Shown here: piece after piece, positions 11,813 through 24,718 of the stretch
How the letters are laid out: each line of letters begins with the position of its first letter
How positions within the stretch are numbered: position 1 is the stretch's first letter
Assembly (NCBI RefSeq): GCF_018350175.1
Contig: NC_058368.1
Coordinates: 214,274,001-214,338,000, forward strand
Length of the DNA: 64,000 bases
Direction: 5' to 3'
Source of the DNA: Felis catus
Lineage: Eukaryota
Made by a program: the position numbers and the translations under genes
Notes under the pieces: model-generated
Seen by the model: the letters and a program-made list of their open reading frames with translations, nothing else
Databases searched by the model: none
What the model was told of the DNA's origin: nothing

Positions 11813-13983
11813 GTTTTTTTTTTAAAGTAAATCAATTTATTTAAACAAACAAAAAGAATAGTTCATTCATTTTTCTCACTCCTTACCCCCTATCCCTACC
11901 CCCACCCCCACCTCTGGCAACCATCAAAACCTGTTCTGTGGATCTGTGTGCTTGGTTTATTGATTTAATTATTGTGTTTAATGATTCTGCATAAAAGAGA
12001 GATCATATAGTATTTGTCTTTCTCTTATTTGTTTCACTTTGCATAATGCCCTTGAAGTCCATCAGTGTTGCCACAAATGGCAGGACCTCATTCTTTTTTA
12101 TGACTGAGCAATACTCCATTCTGTGTGTGTGTGTATGTGTGTGTATAAATACATTCATCCTTTATTGGGCACTTAGGTGTTTCCATATCTTGGCTATATA
12201 AACATTACTGCAATGAAGATGGGGTTCATATATATTTTTGAGTTAGTCTTTCTGTTTTCTTTGGATAAATATCCAGAAGTGAAACTTCTGGATCTTATGG
12301 GAGTTATATTTTTTACTTTTTTGAGGAGAGTCCATACTGTTTTTTGTAGTGACTACACCACTTTATATTCTCACCAACAGTGCTCAAGCATTCTTTTTTC
12401 TCCATATTCTTGCTAACACTTGTTATTTCTAGTCTTTTTGATAATAGCCTTTCTAACAGGTATGAGCTGATATCTCACTGTGGTTTTGATTTGTATTCCC
12501 CTTATGATTAATGATGTAGAGCATCTTTTCATATACTCTTTGGCCATCTGTATGTCTTCTTTGGAACAATATCTATTCATATCTTCTGCCCATTTTTTTA
12601 CTTAAAAAACGGTTTGGGTTTTTTTTGGTGTTGAATTGTATGAGTTCTTTATATGTTTTGGATATTAACTCCTTATCAGATACATGATTCATAAATATTT
12701 TCTACTATTCAATAGGTTGCCTTTTCATTTTGTTGATGGTTGTGCAAAAGCTTTTTACTCTGATGTAGTCCCACTTACTCATTTTTGCTTTTGTTGCTTT
12801 TGTTTTTGGCGTTAGATTAAAAAACTCATTGCCAAGATCTATGTCAAGGAGCTTACTACCTATGTTTTCTTCTAGGAGTTTTATGGTTTCAGGTTTTATG
12901 CTCAAGTCTTTAATCCACCTTGAGTGAATTTTTGTATCTGGTGTAAGATAGTGATCTAGTTTCATTCTTTTGTGTGTGGCTGTCTGATTTTTCCAGGCCC
13001 ATTTATTGAAAAGACTGTCTCTTCTGCATTGTATATTCTTGTCTTCTTTGTTGTAAATTAATTGACTATGTATGCATGGGTTTATTTCTGGTCTTTCTAT
13101 TCTGTTCCTTTGATCTATGTGCTTATTTTTATGCCAGTACTATGCTGTTTTAATTATTGTAGTTTTGTAATATAGTTTGAAATCAGGGAGTGTGATGCCT
13201 CCAGCTTTGTTCTTCTTTCTTAAGATTGCTTTGACTATTCAGAATCTTTGATGGCTCTATACAAATTCAAGGATTGCTTGTTCTATTTCTGTGAAAAATC
13301 TCATTGGAATTTTGATAAGGATTGCATTGAATTTGTATATTGCTTTGGGCAGTATGGCCATTTTAGCAACATTAATTCTTTCAATCCATGAACATCGAAT
13401 ATCTTTTCATTTGCTCATATTGTCTTCAATTTCTGTAATTAATGTCTTGTAGTTTTTAATATACAGGTCTTTCACCTCCTTGGTTAAATTTATTCCTAGG
13501 TATTTTTGATGCAAATATAAAGAGATTGTTTTCTTAATTTCTCTGATAGTTCATTATTGGTGTATGGAACACAACAGATTTTTGTGTATTGATTTTGAAT
13601 CCTGCAACTTTACTGAATTTGTTTGAACAGTTTTTTTTGAACTAGTTTGAACAGTTTTTGATAGAGTCTTTAAAGTGTTTTATATATGTCATTTGCAAAT
13701 AGTGACTGTTTTGTTTCTTTCTTTCCAATTTGGACGCTTTTAAATTTCTTGCCTTATTGGTAGGACTTCCAATACTATGTTAAATTAAAGTGACAAGAAA
13801 GGGTATTCTTGTCTTGTTGATGATCTTAGAGGAAATGCATTCACCTTTTCACTATTGAGTCTGATGTTACCTGTGGTCTTGTCATATATAGCCTTTATTT
13901 TGTTGAGGTCTGTTCCCTCTATACCTGCTTTATTGAGAGTTTTAATTATAAATGGATGGTGAATATTGCCAAATGCTTTTTCT

Positions 13984-14220
13984 TTTCTTTTTTAAAATAT
14001 AACTTATTGTGAAATTGGCTTGCATACGACACCCAGTGCTCATCCCAACGAGTGCCCTCCTCAATGCCCATCACCCATTTCCCCCTCTCCCCCACCCCCC
14101 TTCCCCTTTCAGTTTGTTCTCTGAATTTAAGTCTCTTATGGTTTTCCTCCCTCCCTCTCTGTAACTATTTTTTCTCCTTCCCTTCCCCCATGGTCTTCTG
14201 TTAAGTTTTTCAGGATCCAC
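13984..14220 (-). mobile_element. Younger felid L1 3'-end fragment nested in the L1_Carn
   Basis: Matches the 3' end of the full-length L1 at 38740-39000 (CACCCAGTGCTCATCCCAA...CAGGATCCAC); interrupts host ORF2. Confidence 0.88.
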
Positions 14221-14430
14221 GTATGTGTTGAGATGATTATATCATTTTTTCTTCATTTTGTTAATGTGGTATATCACATTGACTAATTTGCAGGTGTTGA
14301 GCCACCTTTGTATTCTTACAATATCCTGCTTGATCACGGTGTGTGATCCTTTTAATGTGCTGTTGAATTCAGTTTGCTAATATTTTGTTGTGGATTTTTG
14401 TACCTTTGTTCATCAGAGAGAGATATATAC

Positions 14431-14541
14431 ACCATCAGCACAGAGCCTGAAGTGGGGTTTAGACTCATGAACCATGAAATTATTACGTGAACTTAGATCA
14501 AGAGTTGGGTGCTTCACTGACTGAGCTACCCAGGCACTCCC
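14431..14541 (-). mobile_element. Can-SINE 5'-half remnant
   Basis: CCATCAGCACAGAGCC...ACTGAGCTACCCAGGCACTCC; tail and TSD missing. Confidence 0.85.
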
Positions 14542-15237
14542 CTCTTGTTTTGTTTTTTGGAAGAGTTTGAGAAGGATTGGTATTCTTTTTAGACTGCTTG
14601 GTAGAATTCACTAGTGAATCCCTCTAGTCCTGGACTTTTGTTTGCTGGAAGGTGTTTGATTACTGATTCAATTTCTTTACTAGTAATCAGTCTGTTCAGA
14701 TTTTCTGTTTCACCATAATTCAGTGTTGGTAGGATGTATGTTCCCTGGAATTCAACCATTTTTTCTAGGTTGTCCAATTTGTTGGCATATAATTTTCATA
14801 GTAGTCTCTTATGATTCTTTGTATTTCTGTGATATCAGTTACAACATCTCTTTAATTTCTGATTTTATTTATTTATTCTGATTTATTTATTCTTTCTCTT
14901 TTTTTTTTCTTGGAGAGTTTAGCTAAGGGTTTGTCAACTTAGTTTATCGTTTCAAAGAACCAGCTCTTAGTTTCATTGATCTTTTCTACTATCTTTTTAG
15001 TCTCTATTTTATTTATTTCTGCTTTAATTTTTGTTATTTTCTTTCTTTTGCTAACTTTGGGCTTTGTTCTTTTTCTAGTCGCTTGAAGTGTAAAGTTAGT
15101 TTGTTTATTTGAGAATATTTTTGTTTCTTGAGGAAGGTCTATATTGCAATGAACTTCCCTCTTAGAACTGCTTTTGCTGCATCTCATAAGTTTTGTTATG
15201 TTACATTTGCATTTTCTTTGTCTCAAGGTATTTTTTT

Positions 15238-15455
15238 TTAAATTTTTTTTTTCAACATTTATTTATTTTTGGGACAGAGAGAGACAGAGCATGAACGGGG
15301 GAGGGGCAGAGAGAGAGGGAGACACAGAATCGGAAACAGGCTCCAGGCTCCGAGCCATCAGCCCAGAGCCCGACGTGGGGCTCGAACTCACGGACCGCGA
15401 GATCGTGACCTGGCTGAAGTCGGACGCTTAACCGACTGCGCCACCCAGGCACCCC
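15238..15455 (-). mobile_element. Young SINEC_Fc-type SINE
   Basis: Nearly all CpGs intact; perfect 15-bp TSD tcaaggtattttttt (15223-15237/15456-15470). Confidence 0.97.
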
Positions 15456-15884
15456 TCAAGGTATTTTTTTAATTTTTGTTTTGGTATCTTCTTTGACCCA
15501 TTATTGCTCAGTAGCATGTTGTGTAATCTTCACATATTTGTTAATTTTTTTGTTATTCTTGTATAATTAATTTTTAGTTTCATGCTATTGTGGTTTGAAA
15601 ATATGCTTAATATAATTTCAATCCTTTAAAATTTATAAAGATCATATAAAGATATATGATCTTGAAATACATTCCATGTACACTTGAGAACAATGTGTAT
15701 GTTTTTAGTTTTGGATGGAATGTTCTGTAAATATCTGTTAAGTGCGTTTAGTCTAATGTGTCATTCAAAGCTAATGTTTCCCTATTGATTTTCTGTTTGG
15801 ATGATCTATCCATTGACTTATATTGGATTTAAGGGTTTCCTACTATTATTGTATTGCTGCCTATTTTTTTCCTTTAGGTCTGTA

Positions 15885-16386
15885 ATGCAGCATATTTCAA
15901 ACATGCAGATCAGTACAGAAAATAGTAGTGAGTACCTACCTGCTTCTTGACATTTTCCTCAAAATTCCTTCAGTTATTTTGAGGGAATAAAACACTGGAG
16001 AAACATTTAAAGTCACCTGTGTACCCTTTTTTCTTTCTTCCCATTTTACCTCCTGGCCTCCTCCAGGATAAGCTCAATCTTAAATGTATTATCATCCCCA
16101 TGCATACTTTTTAATGTTATTAAATGCATATGTCCATAAATAAAATATAGCATTTTACCTAAGTGGCATTTTATGAAGTGCTATTCTGTAACTCCTTTTG
16201 TTTTGGCTCAATATTAAGATTTTTGAAACACACGGCTCAAATTTATGTATTTTAACTCTTATATCATGTTCTGTTGAATATTCATACAATGCATTTAGCC
16301 AGCTGAGAGACAGTTAGTGCGTTTCCGGTCTTGAATTATTATGGACAGTTTTTCAGTGAACATTTCTGTAACTGTCTTCTTATATA
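15885..16386 (-). mobile_element. Ancient L1ME-type 3' fragment
   Basis: Highly diverged L1ME-like 3' sequence (AAACATGCAGATCAGTACAGAAAATAG...GTGAACATTTCTGTAACTGTCTTC). Confidence 0.55.
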
Positions 16387-18573
16387 AACAGTTTGGGTTT
16401 TTTTTTCTGTGTCTCTAATGCATTGTTGGTTGTGTAACAGCTCCTCTAAAATTAAACTTCCTTGCCATTAACTACCAGGGGGCTGAAAGGCAAATTTCCT
16501 GGTTTCCATTTCATTTCAGTGCACTCTAGGAGTGTCAATAGTAGGATTTTGATCAGGACAATTAAAAGAGGTTGAGCTACCTGGTTAGAGTAAAAACAGC
16601 CTGTGGTGTGAACTCTTTGTGATTTATTGGTTCCTCTAACTGTAAATTTGCACTGTTCTTGTAGTAGATAATTTCTGATATGCCACTTCCCCTGTGTTTT
16701 CTCTAATTTACCTTCCACTTGGAGCTCAGAGGAAATTATTCTGTACACCCTTCTAGGATGAGAGGGTTTTCTGTGGGAGTCTTTTAGATATGTGCATTGT
16801 GAACCTCCTAGAGCAATCGGAGATTTAATGTTTAAGGTCACTGTTCCAACTTCCCATAAGATGGGCTGCTGTTCCTCCCAAGGAAACTGGAATCATAATC
16901 ACACATTTCTGATAATTGCACTCAGAATTGAGCTGCACTTTATCCCAACTCTGCCATGGGCTCATTTCTTTATGTAATAATAGGGAAGTATTTTCTGCAA
17001 ATCCTCATCAAATAATTGTAACAGTTGAGTAAACATTAAAGCTAGGTTATGTAATATTGCATTTTTAAGTGATGTCATGGAGAGTTTGAGTTAATCATGG
17101 CAGCGCCTGCTTTGTGGGATTGCTTCCATCTTCCCAAGTTGGCCTCTCAAGCCTGTGTAGATGCAGGTCAAATTTTGCTTCTTCCTTTAATCTGAGCTGC
17201 TTCCAGTTCAGAAAGGATGCTGGTTTACATTATGCTGTCCTGTTTGCACTCTGGTAAACTCAAGAGGAGTAGACTAAGCTAGATTGCATACACCACCACT
17301 ACCCTCACCTAATTTTGTGTCTGGAGACAGTCTCATATTTGATGCTTTTGGTATCCTACAGAGCTATCGACTTCTGTCTCCTATGTGGGTTTCATATTTT
17401 TGTGGCAGAGTGAGCAAACTTTTTCTACTTCTATCAAATTGTTCACCAGTACTTTCAGCTTGAGCCACATTAGTTTCATTAGAGAAAACAGGACAAGGGC
17501 CAACATTAACAAACAGAAAGGATCAATTCCTTGGATCAATATCCTGATTGAACAAGACTCATGGCTCCTCCACTTTCAATAAACTATATAACATTTGAAA
17601 CCAGGAAAATGATAGGTGATGTTGCCTACTCCAGGTAGGTTACATTCTTTATTTGAGATTTCATCAGCTAGGAGTTAGGATGGCATGTATGGGGAATGCT
17701 ATTTAGACACCAAAGTCTGAATTTATCATAGGAGGAAAGATGAACATGCCTTCCATTGTCAAGTTTCCCTGGTAAGAAGGGCAACCCTATACATCCCCGA
17801 TCTTTTGCTTCTGGCTGGTACCTATAGGCTGGTGCCATCACTATCAGAAAAAAATCACATGAATCTTCCACAGATATAGGAAATCTTTTGAGCATTCTGA
17901 TTCTCATAGGTAAAAATATAGGTCAGACCAAACAAAATCAAAACAAAACAAAATGAGAAAACCCAAAACAAAATAAAGTCCAGTATAGTGTTATTGGTCC
18001 CAAGAGTTTAGTTGCCTGACACAGTTAGCTTGTGTTTTTATACAAACCATACACAGGGACCTAACATAGTATGTGAAAACAAAGTGGCCCTCCCATATTG
18101 GCTAAGGGAAGAGGACAGGACTGGGTCTGCTCACCATCATTACTTTATTTCTTGCCTTTAAAGTGTGCAGCTTATTGTGCAGGCATGCCCACGTGTGACC
18201 ATGTACTGTTGCCACCCTCCATGAAGCCAATTTATTTAAATCCAGACAAACTGCTGCAGATTTTTCTTAAACGGAGCTATCAGTTTACCCTCCCCTGAGG
18301 TGACATGATGGTGTCTGGGCTCCCAACATTGGGTCTTCCATTCCTTTATTCTAGTTCTGATCTGAGGGGGAGCAGTGACTGAGCTTTGCCTGCCTATCCA
18401 AGCAAGGAAGAATCTCCTCAAATTAATCATTTGTTGTTTATGAACTTCTAGTCTTTGTCCATTATTCAAATTTCACTGTTTGAGCAGTTTGATTTTGGAC
18501 TTTTACTGATGGTAGCTGATCAGGATATAGATTTTAACCAGTCAACTAGTGTGTATCAGAAAGGTACTGTGGG

Positions 18574-19625
18574 CTGGTCATAGTTGCTAAAATTAACAAC
18601 TCAGGAAACAACAGATGTTGGCGAGGATGTGGAGGAAGGGGAACCCTCTTGCACTGTTGGTGGGGATGCAAACTGGTGCAGCCACTTTAGAAAACAGTGC
18701 GGAGGTTCCTCAAAAAATTAAAAATAGAATTACCCTATACCCCACAATAGCACTACTAGGAATTTATCCAAAGGATACAGAAGTGCTGATTCATAGGGGC
18801 ACATGTACCTCAATGTTTATAGCAGTGCGATCAACAATAGCCAAATTATGGAAAGAGCCCAAATGTCCATGATGGATAAAGAAGATGTGGTATATAGATA
18901 CAATGGAATACTACTTGGCAAGGAAAAAGAATGAAATCTTGCCATTTGCAGTAACATGGATGGAACTGGAGGGTATTATGCTAAGTGAAATAAGTCAGGC
19001 AGAGAAAGACAGATACCATATGTTTTCATTCATGTGTGAATCTTGAGAAACTTAAGACCATGGGGGAAGGAACGGGGGAAAAATAGTTGCAAACAGAGAG
19101 GGAGGGAGGCAAATCATAAGAGACTCTTAAATACAGAGAACAAACTGAGGGTTGGTGGGGGGTGGGGGAGAGGGGGAAATGGGTGATGGGCATTGAGGAG
19201 GGCATTTGGTGGGATGAGACTGGGTGCTGTATATAAGCAATGAACCACGGGAATCTACCCCAAAAACCAAGAGCACACTTTACACACTGTGTGTTAGCAA
19301 TTTGACAATGAATTATATTTAAAAAAATAAAATAAAAGCTAAGAACATTTAAAAAAAAAGACAATGGGGGAAGGAAAAGAAAAACATAGTTACAGAGAAG
19401 GAGGCAAAACATAAGATACTCTTAAATACAGGGAACAAACTAAGGGTTGATGGGGGTGGAGGAGAGGGGAAAGTGAGTGATGGGCATTGAGGAAGGTACT
19501 TGTTAGGATGAGCACTGGGTGTTTAATGTAAGTGATGAATCATGGGAATCTACTCCCGAAGCCATGAGCACACTGTATACACTGTATGTTAGCTAACTCG
19601 ACAATAAATTATATATTAAAAAAAA
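18574..19625 (+). mobile_element. 5'-truncated felid/carnivore L1 with two tandem 3' ends
   Basis: ORF2 C-terminus (IALLGIYPKDTEVLIHRGTCT...LWKEPKCP), 3'UTR + A tail to about 19337, second 3'UTR about 19345-19625; degenerate TSD agaaaggtactgtg/agaaatgtactatg. Confidence 0.92.
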
Positions 19626-19864
19626 AGAAATGTACTATGACTCTATATTTAGGGTGGGCGATAAGCACTTATATGGTTCTTGCCTTTGATAGTAATTTAG
19701 ATGGTCCTTACTTTAATAGTAAGTCCATGGACAATTTGGAAATTGCGTGTGTCTAATTTGTACCAGTGGGTAATCTCCAAATGAAACATACTAGGGGGGG
19801 CCAATGCCATGTAGTGAGCTGGACAGTGTTGTACTATAGCACTGGAGTGCAAATAGCCATCCTT

Positions 19865-20120
19865 TTTTAATTTAGTTTGTTTTATTTATTTTTAATTTTT
19901 TTTATGTTTATTTTTGGGAGAGACAGAGAGACAGAGAGACAGAGAGACAGAAAGTGGGGCAGGGGGAGGGCAGAAAGAGAGGGAGACACAGAATTTGAAG
20001 TAGGCTCCAGGCTCTGAGCTGTCAGCACAGAGCCCCACATGGGGTTCGAACTCACGAACCACAAGATCATGACCTGAACCGAAGTCAGACACTTAACCGA
20101 CTGAGCTGCCCAGGTGCCCC
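19865..20120 (-). mobile_element. Can-SINE
   Basis: 16-bp TSD gcaaatagccatcctt/gccaagagccatcctt (2 mismatches). Confidence 0.95.
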
Positions 20121-20406
20121 GCCAAGAGCCATCCTTGATCAACCTGTGGAAGCTGCCCTGGTTACTGCTATAGATCACAGCAACTGTTTTCCCAAATGGC
20201 ATGAATGGAGATCATGAGCCCTTATTTCTTTGTTGGCTAGATGGCTGGATGGGATCTGTTCAGTTAGGAGCTTCTCACTGCTTCCTGCCCTCCAAAACCA
20301 GTGAACCATCTCCAACTTCCAGCAGTCTTCCAGGTTTACTCAGTGTGTTTCACAAATACATCATATGTAAAGTGATGTGGAAATGTTTGTAAAGCTCTCT
20401 TTAGAT

Positions 20407-20580
20407 CAGTGTTCTTAGGCCTAGCTGTACTTTAGGATCACTAGGAGCTTTAAATTAAAAAACCCATTCGTAGGCCCTATAGACAATTAAATGAGAATTT
20501 CTGGATAAGGCCTGGGCATTGGCATTTTAGAAATGCTCCCTGGGTGATTTGAATGTGATGCTAGGGCTGAGTTCCAAGGC
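20407..20580. mobile_element. MER5-family MITE
   Basis: CAGTGTTCTTAGGCCTAGCTG...GGATCACTAGGAGCTTT...GCTCCCTGGGTGATTTGAATGTG. Confidence 0.7.
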
Positions 20581-23500
20581 TTTGGACTGCAATTCAGACT
20601 AGAGGAATGGATATTGGAGGTTGAGGGTGGGCAAAAGAAATACCTGGGAAGGAGGTGGGGCAGGGTTTGGTCATTCAATTGAGACTAGAAGTTGAGGAGC
20701 CAGGTTGGGACTGAGTGATGCCCAAAAAAGTACTCACTCTGAAAGGTTTACCTTCTTTATTTTTTACTCCTAGATTCTAGGACTAGTCACTGTTTTTACC
20801 CCAACATTACATTTCTCTATCCTATACTGCAGTTCCTTTTAACTGCTGAAGGACAGGGTTTGTGGAGGGAAGTGTTGTCTGCCCCACACAAATTCTCCAT
20901 TCTCTCAAAAAGAAATTTCCAAGGTGATCTAGCAAGTTTTAGGTCTAGGAATTTCCAGTGGTGATCAACAGTGAGGTGAGTCATGATCCAAGGTGAAGCT
21001 GGGCATGGTGGGTAAGTGTACATGTTTGTGGAACCACTTCCAAGGGGACAACTAATAGAAAAATGATAGAAATTTGCTTTTGTAGTATGTACTAGAGACA
21101 GATCATACTTCAAACTAGGAGTGAATACTTGAATTGCCTAGGTGATGAAATACAAATCATTGCCCATGTGTGTATGTGTTTGTGTGTGTAGAATGTTTGT
21201 ATTTTCCATTTTACTCTTCACTACAAATACCTATGGTCTAGGGAAGCTGACCTACTTGCCCAAATCCAGTTCAACAAGTGATTATTTACCTGAACTGCCA
21301 ATTCTTCAAATAGCCAGTTTGCCAATTTTCTACTTTTTCCCATTTGCCAGAAAGTTGGGTATTCAAATGAGGACAAAAATAATCATATCACATTAAAATG
21401 TAAAAGTTTATTGCTGGAAACACAAATTAATGCTTATATGCGAATTTAAGGAATGGACATAGTAATTTTAAATATACCTAAAATTTAAAAAAATAGGAAG
21501 CAAATAAGAAGTAGACAAAATAATCAAGTCACAAAAAAATTTTGGTTTCTAACAAATGGAATATGTTGACTTAGCAGTGGTTTGAAAAGGTATTTAGCAC
21601 AAAACCTGTAAACCATTCAAAGTAAGGGAAAGGAGGTGAGAATGCATGGAAGGTATGTGTCACTACTATTTCTGGTAACAGTGATGAGACAGTAAGTTAA
21701 GTGAGAAAGCAATAAAAGAATAAAAAAGTATAAATTTGTTAAATATTAAAAGTATTAAGACCTTAAACATGCTAAAAGGTGGTAAATGTGAACAAGGCAG
21801 AGACAAGGACAACCACGTTACTTGCTAAATTTTGGCTGCTAGTTGCTAGAGATCTCATACTAAGGTTAATATACTTGATGACAGAAGAGAATTGGAAAGA
21901 CATCAGCATAAACTGAAAGGTGTCCATATGAAATTCTTAAATGAAAGCCAGACAACTAAGACTTTGCAGAAATCCTCAAAATGTCAGAAGCCATCCCGTC
22001 TTAACATAAATTGCTTTAAGCATTATAACTAGTTGCTTTTTAAAAAATATTTTGAAAAACAGATGCATTAGTAAAGTGGCACTTGGCCATTTAACATGTT
22101 GATTTTTTGTGGACTGACGAGAATGGTGAGGTACATGGCAACAGCAGAATTTTCCCCATTTTCCAGAGAAACTAAGTTTCCTAGATAAAGGAGCAAAATT
22201 CATGTCTGTTTTATGTGCACTAGGGTATGGTTGCATGTTCCTTAGAAACCTGAAGACTGTAGAGTAGATGATTCAGGCTCATGTCTGACATTTGAGAGGT
22301 ACAGCAAAAATAGTTCATAAAACATACTAATTAAAGGATATCAGATAAAGAATATAAAATGTAAAATAGCTAATTGCAAGAAAACCTCCTACCAAGCTTT
22401 TCAGAAACACACATAATGTCACTTGAGCTCTTATGGAGAAGAAATAAATCCAAAGCTAGAGAGCTCCAAGTGCCAGTATATATAAGAAAATTGTCACTTC
22501 CAGATCTAGGATGCTATTTGGCACATGGTATGACATGTGTCATCTTCACTGCAAGCACTTTCTTATGCATATGGTCCCTCCAGCTAGAGAAGCCCATCCA
22601 CAGTCTATTTTATCAATAGTGAAGACACCCAGACTGAAAATAATCTTGCATTAAATAAAATCATCTTATATTTGACCAAGAAAGCAGTATATATTTTATA
22701 GTGCATTTTTTTCCTTAAACCATTATTGCAGAAAATATTGTGTACTGATGGTATAGAATAGTTCCATGCCTACATGCTAAATATTAGTTGTATTATAATA
22801 AGAGTTTAAAAGTGTTCATTAAATATAAGGGACTTACTGTGGATTCTATGAGTCTCATTTCTGGCTAAAAAACCTCCTTTTTTCAATTAAAAATGGTTTA
22901 TAATTTTGATATCCTTTTTTTCCTGATGTATTGCATTAGGAATTTTATTAGTCAATGTAACTTAAAGATGTAACTTTCAAAATAGTGTCTTGGCACAAAT
23001 TCCTTGATAATGTCTGACCATTCTAATAAAGTGAAATTGTTAAGTAGCTAATATAAAAATGTAACATATTAAAGGCAAATTCATAAGGTTTTTAAAAGAA
23101 GAGAATGTTGCACATCATTTGTGAGTTCTATTTTGATTGTTTGCTTTCTTTAAAAAATGTAGGAAAGTAATTTTAGAAACTAAAATAGACCATAATTTAA
23201 ATGCTGTTTTTAATAGTGAGAAGCGATACTTTAAAAAACACATTTTACTCAATGTGGCAGGTAAATTTCTATAGACATTAAGAGAAATCGCGGGTAAACT
23301 TCAACTGCTATTTTTAAACGTTGGAAAGGACCAAGGGATTATTTTGAATATCAAATAAATGGAGTTTGGAAATGCCCAAGAGTTCAGAAAACTAAAACTA
23401 ACATTGTAGTTAAAGAAATAATCCACACTGCTAAAGAGATCTTCATCATAGGATTTGCAAAAATAGCTTAGCACATTTACCATAAATCTATGGACTTAGA

Positions 23501-23629
23501 GCCAGAGAATCTAGACGTTGGTAAATTACAGTGGGATGACAGTGTTATGCTTTTTATGGTGGTGCCATATTTGACACAGAGTCTCCACGGGCAAGAGACG
23601 TTTAACTCTATCTCTCTTTCAAATTGTTT

Positions 23630-24029
23630 TTGGCAGTTACAATGACTGTCATAAGAGCCTGTCTCAGAAATTCTAGCTCTCCGTCTTCTGGTCCTGTGGT
23701 AGAATTGTACTGCCCCACTCCCCTGGAAATGAAACATGACCGTGTGACTTCCTTTGAAGAATAAAATGTGATTGGAAGGGATGTATCATATTTGTGTGAA
23801 AGCTTTAAAAGGCATGTGCCATTTATTAAATTCTCTTTCCCTCTCTCACAATAATGGACACTTGTCTGGATGGAAGAGGCTTTGTCAGCTTGGTTCCCAG
23901 AGAGAGGGTGCATGGAGCCCACAGCTGACTTAGTGCACATGAGAAACAAGCCTTTGTTGTTATAAGGCATTAACATTTGGGGAATTGTTTATTACTGTAA
24001 CATAATGTTTCCTATCTTAACTCAATTCA
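23630..24029 (+). mobile_element. MaLR solo LTR (MLT1I-like)
   Basis: TGGTAGAATTGTACTGCCCC...GTGTGACTTCCTTTG...AAGCCTTTGTTGTTATAAGGCATTAACATTTGGGG. Confidence 0.75.
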
Positions 24030-24254
24030 ATAATAATAAAAGTAGCAGCAAATCAGCTACTATCTCAGAAATGAAAACCAACTAAAAGAAGTATATCACA
24101 AACTATTTGCTAAGGAGTCATTACTTATTATATAACATGTGAAGAAATATATACAGTGAGGAACTGAATCATTAAAACTGTGTGTTAATTTTTTTTTATT
24201 TTAATGTGTGATACAGAATTTATCAGTGGTCCTGTGTCATTTTATTTTATTAGA

Positions 24255-24475
24255 TAGGGGTCAGGAAACTTTTTATATATATGGACTGGTAGTAAATATT
24301 GTAGGGTTTGCAGGCCATATGATCTCTATCACAACTATTCAACTTTGTCACTATAGCCAGAAATTAGGCCATATCTAAATGAATGGGCATAGCTGTGTTC
24401 CAATAAAACTTTATTTGTAAAAAATAGGTGGTGGAGCTGATTTGACCTAGTGGCTGTAGTTTTTGCCAACCTCTG
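24255..24475 (+). mobile_element. MER58A (hAT-Charlie), full length
   Basis: Terminal inverted ends plus perfect 8-bp TSD ttattaga (24247-24254/24476-24483). Confidence 0.9.
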
Positions 24476-24692
24476 TTATTAGATAACATATTTATGAGAC
24501 CTAGTAGTTTTATTGGCATCTTTTATATTTTCCTACATGACCAATATCTTCTAAAAGTGAATTCCATTTTCAAAATCATGTTCCAACTCTTTTAGTGATA
24601 TAGGTGGTATAACTGATATTAGTGGAGAAATTATATTTACAGTGAAAAAGATGCATGTTCAATTTCTGATTTACTAAGTGATATGATTTTTT

Positions 24693-24718
24693 TACTAACA
24701 AATATTTTTCTTTAACAG
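24693..24718 (+). other. Strong 3' splice-site signal (branch point + acceptor)
   Basis: TACTAAC at 24693-24699 followed by aatatttttctttaacag|A. Confidence 0.4.

Larger units (their letters stand above)
11813..15881 (-). mobile_element. 5'-truncated carnivore L1 (L1_Carn-type), about 4 kb including nested insertions
   Basis: Poly-T then 3'UTR at the left; continuous degenerate ORF2 (MKLDHYLTP..., MDNLEKM...[23 protein letters not shown]) to about 15880. Confidence 0.92.

Noticed and set aside
15174..15472. Overlapping ORFs here and at the other SINEs (19882, 29775, 36354, 45402, 47752, 61298)
   Set aside because: Translations of Can-SINE sequence.
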